From NCBI GenBank assembly GCA_963827755.1, contig CAWHCQ010000012.1, positions 96,001 to 160,000 on the forward strand: a stretch of DNA of 64,000 bases, read 5' to 3'. The DNA is from an uncultured Gammaproteobacteria bacterium. GTDB lineage: Bacteria > Pseudomonadota > Gammaproteobacteria > UBA9214. A model generated the notes under the pieces. It was not told the DNA's origin. It was given only the letters and a program-made list of their open reading frames with translations, and made no database searches. Shown here piece after piece: positions 57,825-64,000 of the stretch (within the stretch, counting starts at the first letter, position 1; each line of letters opens with the position of its first letter). Position numbers and translations under genes: made by a program.

Positions 57825-57858
57825 CCCTGGTTGCAGGTTTCTGCAACCAGGGTTTTTC
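57825..57858 (+). terminator. rho-independent terminator
   Basis: CCCTGGTTGCAG-GTTT-CTGCAACCAGGG followed by TTTTT, 30 bp after the stop codon. Confidence 0.88.
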
Positions 57859-58174
57859 TGTGTCCGTGCACCTGTTAATTCCCCGCCTCTTCATTGGTCT
57901 GACCGGGTTGAAAATACCCTCATCGACCTGCCGCTGTATCCCCCGATAAGACTGACCAGGGCTGACTTGCCAATCGGTAGCGCGCCCTCAATAGTTGCAC
58001 TTCCCGCGCAGCTTTGTACAACCTGCAGTTCCAGGACCCGCTGGTAATGGCGCACCTCCACCCCCACGGGCGTTAAGAATCGCCGCGGATCGTCGTTGCA
58101 CGACGGCCACAAACAAGCATGTAAGTGTGCAACAGGGAAGGTAAGTGCCAGTGGCTGCCCGGGAGCAGAGAAAT

Positions 58175-59707
58175 TCAGTCAGGCGACGATTCGTTAACAG
58201 CCGATTTACTCGCTTCGCGGCCGGCATTCATGTCCCGGGGCGGCTTGCCTGTTTCAAGTGGCGCAAGTTCACCGGACGGGTCCGTGAAGCCGTCATTCAA
58301 TTTCTGCACAAAGCGGTTGGCCTCTGCAATTACCCGGTGCAGCCGTTTACGGGCACGATTATTCCAGCCCACCGGGGCCTTCCTGAAGACACTGTGCCAG
58401 GCGCGGGTGTTATGCAGGAAAGCCTGGCGCAGGCGGCCGCGTTCGGTACCCGGGACGATGTGTTTATCGATCTGTTTCAGGATCCGCCCGGCAGCAAAGC
58501 GGCGCATCCTGGAATGCAGGTAGGCAAACAGGACAACAGCGGCCAGGCCTGTGGCCACGGCCAAGGCGATATCACTCGTTGAGCCCTGCCACCACGCCGG
58601 GCTGACCAGCTGCCAACCGTCCCTGAGACCCGCCAGGCTGGCAAGCACGCTGCCCGCCACCAGGTAGCCGGCGGCAATGACACCATCGCCCCAGAGGACC
58701 AGCTTGCGCCAGCAGGCCCGGTAGGCGCGCAGACGCGGTACCGTCTTCTCTTCAATGTGGCGCGCCTGTTTTTCCAGCGCACCGGTGATCCGGTAGGCCC
58801 TTTCCACACCGACGCCCTGAATGCGTTTGTGTATCTCGCCGAGGTCGCGATCGCGCTTGGACTCGAAGCGGCTGCGTACGGCGTCGTCCTCGATGGTCAC
58901 CGCGACATTCGGGTTGTAGATGCAGTAAAAACGGCCGGCCGTGAGGCCCTCCTGTGCCAGTGCCCGCTGCCAGGCGCCCACCACCTCTTCCGGGTTGTCT
59001 TCCCGTGCCGTGGTATCCATCTGGTTGAGGATATAGACGAACTTGGTGGCATCCGGCCTGTGGATGGTGTCGCCGACCAGGTGCGCCAGGGTATCGCGCA
59101 TGGCGCCGGGCTCGGGGTGGCGCGCATCGAAGAACACCAGCACCAGGTCCGAGATATCGATAATGTGGTCGGTGAGCCGCAGGGTTGCATTGCGCTGCGA
59201 ATCCGCATCGAATCCGGGAGAGTCGATAATGATCCGCCCGCGCACCTTCTCGCTGGGCACCGTCTTCAATTGCAGGTAGCTGTCGACCCGCCGCCCTTCT
59301 CCGCCGGCCACCTTCTCGAGTTCGTTGCTGATCTGGTAGAACGGGAAGCGCGGGTCCGCGTCAAGTGCCGACCCGGGCAGGGCCTGTGAGCCCTGCTCGC
59401 CGCCAAAGCAGATCACCGTGAACTTGTCATCCACCGCCTGGTTGCCGGTACTTTGGATCGACTCGCCCAGGTAATGATTGATAAAGGTGGATTTACCGGC
59501 AGAAAAGGTCCCCAGCACCGAGATCATCGGCCACCAGGAAATTTGTGTTGCGAAAGATTGTTCCGAATTCAGCAGGCCCAGTGAACGGCCGACCTGGTCA
59601 AGCTGGCGGTAGGTCTGGACGGCACTCACCAGCACCGGGTTTTCTTTTTTCAGATGCGACTCAAGACTTTTCAGCCGCTGTTTGATGGTTTTTGCTTCGC
59701 CAGACAT
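58175..59707 (-). CDS. dynamin-superfamily (EHD-like) NTPase with two C-terminal TM helices
   Basis: G1 GTFSAGKST, G3 DSPG, DLVLVFFDA, G4 LNQMD, helical stalk, two hydrophobic segments. Confidence 0.85.
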   Translation of the reverse strand: MSGEAKTIKQRLKSLESHLKKENPVLVSAVQTYRQLDQVGRSLGLLNSEQSFATQISWWPMISVLGTFSAGKSTFINHYLGESIQSTGNQAVDDKFTVICFGGEQGSQALPGSALDADPRFPFYQISNELEKVAGGEGRRVDSYLQLKTVPSEKVRGRIIIDSPGFDADSQRNATLRLTDHIIDISDLVLVFFDARHPEPGAMRDTLAHLVGDTIHRPDATKFVYILNQMDTTAREDNPEEVVGAWQRALAQEGLTAGRFYCIYNPNVAVTIEDDAVRSRFESKRDRDLGEIHKRIQGVGVERAYRITGALEKQARHIEEKTVPRLRAYRACWRKLVLWGDGVIAAGYLVAGSVLASLAGLRDGWQLVSPAWWQGSTSDIALAVATGLAAVVLFAYLHSRMRRFAAGRILKQIDKHIVPGTERGRLRQAFLHNTRAWHSVFRKAPVGWNNRARKRLHRVIAEANRFVQKLNDGFTDPSGELAPLETGKPPRDMNAGREASKSAVNESSPD

Positions 59708-60031
59708 CAATGATTCCTGCGGGTTGGAAGTCGCGTAATAAACCCGTTAAAACGGGAATACCCCGGACATATCAATGCTGTCTCCATCGCACTGCAACTC
59801 TTTATTGTTTTCTTCAGAATCAGTCATTCAGGGACCTCCGGGGGGATTCTCTGGTGTGGGATCGGGACAGTATAACCAAGTCGCTGACGAATTTCGCCAC
59901 CGACATCCTGATCGAGGCCCAGGCCGGGGTGTGAATAAAAACCAGGAAACACACCGCCCGGCACCCCGGAACTGCGGCTTCTCAGCCACTTTTAGTCCCG
60001 GTGCGCCATGCGGCTGCTTTTCAGGATCCTG

Positions 60032-60642
60032 CTAGAAATCTCCCGAGGCACCGCGATTCATAATATCCAGAATCGTATCCTTGACCTTGTTCGCCTCTTC
60101 AAACAGGTCTGGAGAAAGCGTGCTGCCGCCGTGGATCATCATGTCCATATTCAATGAATAGATCCAGAGTTTTCCGCTCTTGTCCTCGACGACCGAGACG
60201 CGGCACGGCAGGTAGGCTGAATATGCACCTGAATATTCCAGCATCTTTGCAGCTATTAAAGGATCACAAAACATGTAGATCTTCCAGAAGCGTTGCTTTC
60301 TCACCCGTCATGGCCTCGACCTGGGCAGAGAGCGGCAACTCGCCGACATTTTTAATATTGTGTTCGTTGGCAACAAAACGCATCGTTTGCTCAACGTCTT
60401 CCGCACTCAGGTCGTCCGCAACCGGGATCTTCCAGACCGTGGCCTCGGCCGCATTGCCCGAGGCAAGCAAACGCTTGGACATCTCCATGTAGACTTCGGC
60501 CGGCCTTGCCATCAAATTCCGACAGGTTTTTAAGGTCCTTGATATTCTGCAGGCCGAAATCATGACTGACCGCCAGCCAGATCACACCCGCCAATAACGC
60601 CAGACCCAGCAAGGCCAGCAAGTTCCAGATCAGTTTAAACAT
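60032..60642 (-). CDS. DUF302-domain protein with N-terminal membrane anchor (two frameshifts, near 60500 and 60297)
   Basis: GAGGAG RBS; TM helix; IYMFCDP...AYLPCRVSVVED...W in the last frame; three overlapping ORFs joined by removing single bases. Confidence 0.78.
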
Positions 60643-60675
60643 ATCGCTCTCCTCGTTACTGTATGTTTGTAATGA

Positions 60676-62180
60676 CTATTCTGAGTCAGACCGGGCCATC
60701 TCGATCTCGTGTTCGAGGGCATCTGCCTGGGGGCCGTTCAGCCCGCGAATCACGTCAACCAGCCCACTGGCCGGTGCCAGCAAACCGGACTCGACAAGAC
60801 GCAAGCCGGCCTCGTAATAGGCCGAAGCGGCCGCTTCCCAATCACCCTGGCTGAAATACATATTCGCAAGCTCTCCATAACCATCGGGATTATTCGGGTC
60901 CTGCAGGATCATCTGCTGGTAGTAGTCCCCGGCCGCCTGGTAATCACGCATCCAGTAGGCTTCCCGTGCCAGTGCCAGCAGCTGGTGGGCAGAAAGCGTT
61001 GCATCGACAGGCGTTGCCGGCACGGGTGCCCGCATTGTCGCTTCGGCCTGTGCGGGAATCGCGTCAATGACATACGCATCATCAAGGCTCGCCACAGGTG
61101 CATGGGACAGGCCTGAATCCGGCGCGCCGTTTTCACTGGCCACGGTGGCTGGAGCCGTTCCGCTCGCAGCCGCTGCGGCAGCCGCACCCGACTCCGCTGT
61201 CACGGGCGCGATAGCTTTTTTGGCTGCCGTGTCCCGGGCAAGCCCTGCGGCGGCCTCTTCGATTTCTTCAGTGTCATGCGGATATGCCGTCACGACATCA
61301 GCACCTGGAAGCCCGGGGCGCGTGCCGACATCCGGAATCGCTGTCGCCGAATCCATAGCAGCGGCTTGCATCGGTCGCGGCCTCTGCGGCGTCTTCCGCC
61401 ACTGCTGCACGTCCCGTATCCGTTGCCTTTGTCAACGCAACCGCCGCACCCGGGGCCGTGATGGCTGCTTGCTCGACAGGTGCCTGCAGACTTTCTGCAA
61501 CGGGCGTTTTGGCTGTTTCCATCGCTGCTGACATCCCGGCGCTGGCTGATTCTGCAGTGGACGGCATCGCTGCAGCGCCGGTCCCTGAAGCAGGTATCTC
61601 TGTCTCGACTTCCTTGACAGATTCAGCTGCCTTAATCACAGCGGGCTCGCTGGTTGCAATCGCATCAGCACCGGCAGGCTCGCTTGTGTCTGTTTCATCA
61701 GCACCGGCAGGCTCGCTTGCATGGCCTGTCTGCTTCAGCGCCGGCAGGCTCGCTCATGGCCGCTGCTTCAGGGGCAGCAGCTTCGCTTTCATCGGCTTCA
61801 TCAGCATCATCCGTTTCATCAACTCCGCTCCCGGCAGTCGCAGCGGCAATCGCCGGCCTGCTGTCGGCGGGCAAACCGGCATCGGGTACGCTCACCCTGT
61901 CGACAGGCGGTACCGTGGCGGAAACATCGCCAGTGCGGACAGTCGGGGCATCCCGGCTGCCTGTAGCCAGTGCCGGTCGCATGCCGTCAAGCTGTACCGG
62001 TGCGGGCTCAATTTTTCCTGCCAGCCGGCCATCGCCGGTATCTTTTGCTGAATCAAACACCAGGAATTCCGGGAGTTCCCAGTCGGGAAACAATTCACCC
62101 CGGTATATAAATCCGATGGCCAGCAACAGCACCAGTGCAATTGCAAAACCGTGACTCATTAAACGTGCTATAAATTTCAT
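60676..62180 (-). CDS. membrane-anchored Ala/acidic low-complexity protein with C-terminal TPR (two frameshifts, near 61722 and 61370)
   Basis: N-terminal TM helix, long A/E/D/P-rich linker, TPR-like AREAYW...A..YY......P.NPDGYGELANMY..QG.W..AA.AY. Confidence 0.72.
61640..61755 (-). repeat. imperfect intragenic repeat encoding SEPA(GA[DE]) four times
   Basis: TCAGC(A/G)CCGGCAGGCTCGCT occurs three times at 33-40 bp spacing, plus one degenerate copy. Confidence 0.75.
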
Positions 62181-62204
62181 AACCACTGCTCCATCATTAA
62201 TATA

Positions 62205-62864
62205 TTACGAATTTCCGGGCGCATCAGGGTAAAGTGCGCTTGCCAGTGAACGAAATTCCTCAGCCGCCTTGCTGCGCGGCCACATTTCGAAAACGGCAAG
62301 CCCTTCACTCAATGAGCGCCTGAAACTGGTCCTCATGGAAAGGCGTTGCGGCAACACGTCATCGATCGCCGGTAACATCTGCAAGGCCTCCTCTGTCTCT
62401 GCTGTCTCCCGAATTGAATGATTGGTATCGGCCCGGTTTATAAAGGCAATTGTCCTCTGACCCCCGCTCATTTTCACTGCGTCCAGATCCGATCCTATAA
62501 TGTGGAGAAAACGCTGCGTGGCCCAAACATCCGGCTGGCTGGGTGGCACCGGGATCAGGATTCGGTCTGCTGCTGTCATCGCCTCTTTCATGGCAGCCAT
62601 ATTGGCGGCTCCAACATCGACAATGACCTCCACCCCTTCATGTGCAAGCAACTGGTTTTTCAGCACGGCGCGCACCGAGTGGATCGTCAGATCCGGTGAG
62701 GTTCCCACTTCCTTTCGCAGCATGGCAAGGTCGCTGAAGGTACATTGCGGATCAAGATCATAACCGACTACCGGGACGGCGTTCTTCTCCAGCCATACAG
62801 CCAGGTTGAAAGCGACGGTACTTTTCCCGGAACCACCCTTGAGATTGGCAATAACAGTAATCAT
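62205..62864 (-). CDS. orphan ParA-family ATPase (short, no N-terminal HTH)
   Basis: Deviant Walker A NLKGGSGKST, DLDPQ, VIVDVG, ADRILIPV, FRRS..EG; no parB adjacent. Confidence 0.88.
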   Translation of the reverse strand: MITVIANLKGGSGKSTVAFNLAVWLEKNAVPVVGYDLDPQCTFSDLAMLRKEVGTSPDLTIHSVRAVLKNQLLAHEGVEVIVDVGAANMAAMKEAMTAADRILIPVPPSQPDVWATQRFLHIIGSDLDAVKMSGGQRTIAFINRADTNHSIRETAETEEALQMLPAIDDVLPQRLSMRTSFRRSLSEGLAVFEMWPRSKAAEEFRSLASALYPDAPGNS

Positions 62865-63051
62865 ACAATCCTTCTACATCCCGGTAAAAAATTCACAATG
62901 TATAAAACGAGCCATAACGCATGACTGCGCCAGGCGCGTTCGCTTGCTGGCTGATTTTTATCGAGCGGCCGGTATTACCGGCACCGATGCCGGAGCGATC
63001 TCGCGCGAACCAGACCCGCCATGATTGATAACGCGCAGTATAAACCGATTC

Positions 63052-63708
63052 CTACCAAACATATCCAGGATATCCCGCACCCGGCATAACGCCATCAGGT
63101 GCCGCCCCCCAGCCGTAATATCCGCCGCCGGTCGGTGTCCCCCACTGGTATGGATTCGGTGGCTGCCGGGTCGCCTGTTTGGCGGAATTTGACTGACGGC
63201 CTCGAGAAGCACCTGCCTGCTGTCCCCAGGGCCGCTGGTCGTACTGGAACTGCTGTGTTGTTTGCGGGTCCTGCTCTGGAAACGTCCAGATCTTCTCAGC
63301 CATATTTCGCTGAGTTTGGGAAGTACCATACCTCGGGGCCTCGTATGTCTGCTGCGGTGCCTTGTATATCTGCTGTGCCCCCCAGGCCGGCTCTGACTGA
63401 AACGAAGTTTGACCCTGCGAGCCCCATTCCTGCTGTGGTGGCGCCGGAGGATATGTCTGTGCCGGCATCCTGTTCACCTGTTTCGGTGCACTAACCGCCC
63501 CCGCGGCGGGCCGTTGATAAACCCGGCCCGGTGCCTGATATTGCGCAGCAGGAGAAGTCACGGATTCGGGAGGCGGGCAATTGCAGGCTGCAGCCTTTTT
63601 ATCCGGCTCGTCATCACCGCATGCACTTGCCAGGAGCGAGACACAAAGCAGGACTATCCGGCAAGTTGGATGCGTTGTAAATGATTCAGTCCCCGCGACC
63701 ATGCTCAT
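63052..63708 (-). CDS. putative lipoprotein, Gln/Pro/Gly/Tyr/Trp-rich low complexity
   Basis: Hydrophobic stretch ending LLASA-C, then CNC and Q/P-rich disordered sequence with recurring WG (QEWG, PAWG, RPWG, YQWG, YGWG). Confidence 0.7.
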   Translation of the reverse strand: MSMVAGTESFTTHPTCRIVLLCVSLLASACGDDEPDKKAAACNCPPPESVTSPAAQYQAPGRVYQRPAAGAVSAPKQVNRMPAQTYPPAPPQQEWGSQGQTSFQSEPAWGAQQIYKAPQQTYEAPRYGTSQTQRNMAEKIWTFPEQDPQTTQQFQYDQRPWGQQAGASRGRQSNSAKQATRQPPNPYQWGTPTGGGYYGWGAAPDGVMPGAGYPGYVW

Positions 63709-63744
63709 TAATCAGGTAAGGTGAATGCCAACACGGGGTTGTCA

Positions 63745-64000
63745 TTAGCGCCCTGCACCACTCTGATATGCGCCGGGTGGTGCCTGCATCATGGCATCGT
63801 ACACCGCTGGTGGCGGTACTTCCTCTTCAGCCTGATAAGGCTGTGAAGGATAATACCCGCGTGGTGGCGGTACTTCCTCTTCAGCCTGATAAGGCTGTGA
63901 AGGATAATACCCGCGTGGTGGCGGCCGGCTCCCGAAATCCTGTCCGTCCATTTGTCCCATGTATCCCGAAGGCCGGGGCCAGGCCTTCACAGGCAACTCC
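63745..64000 (-). CDS. Pro/Tyr/Gly/Gln-rich protein with tandem repeat (3' end only)
   Basis: Open frame to the window edge: PPPRGYYPSQPYQAEEEV twice, then PPPAVYDAMMQAPPGAYQSGAGR. Confidence 0.65.
   Translation of the reverse strand, partial: ELPVKAWPRPSGYMGQMDGQDFGSRPPPRGYYPSQPYQAEEEVPPPRGYYPSQPYQAEEEVPPPAVYDAMMQAPPGAYQSGAGR
63808..63924. repeat. perfect 54-bp tandem repeat (2 full copies plus 9 bp)
   Basis: TGGTGGCGGTACTTCCTCTTCAGCCTGATAAGGCTGTGAAGGATAATACCCGCG at 63808 and 63862; in frame (18 codons). Confidence 0.95.

Noticed and set aside
57860-58174. Small ORFs or sRNA between the terminator and the dynamin-like gene
   Set aside because: No RBS, motif or stable structure recognised. 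The CCCGATAA at 57942 lacks a convincing -35 element.
63808-63924. 54-bp direct repeat as a CRISPR array
   Set aside because: Copies are contiguous with no spacers, the length is a multiple of 3 within an ORF, and no cas genes are present.

Overview
Chromosomal window from a moderately GC-rich gammaproteobacterium (gene order and protein sequences point to a non-enteric, Chromatiales-like lineage; this is inference). About 46 kb is housekeeping: cysS-ppiB-lpxH, the aroC-MFS-leuCDB-asd-fimV-truA-trpFBA-accD-folC-dedD-cvpA-purF-metZ run with a SAM-II riboswitch, prmB, SCO/PCuAC/psd, an ECF sigma/anti-sigma unit, suhB, queA-tgt-yajC-secDF, a glycogen cluster, amrBA, relA and three tRNAs. Eleven genes are broken by 1-bp indels, nearly all single insertions and several in essential genes, which is most likely long-read error. 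Two regions stand out. (1) At 46.9-54.1 kb the flagellar regulators fleQ, fleN/flhG, fliA and flgM sit together with no flagellar structural or chemotaxis gene, around a globin-coupled c-di-GMP phosphodiesterase. A FleQ-type box, a sigma54 promoter and three sigma28 promoters are readable in the DNA, and two of the sigma28 promoters precede small orphan ORFs 17-24 kb away. (2) At 58.2-64 kb a co-oriented run encodes an EHD/dynamin-like membrane NTPase, a DUF302 protein, an acidic TPR membrane protein, an orphan ParA and Pro/Gln/Tyr/Gly-rich low-complexity proteins, possibly a membrane-compartment or inclusion biogenesis and positioning module. No CRISPR array, rRNA or mobile element was seen. 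All family assignments are from motif recognition by eye, not from database searches.
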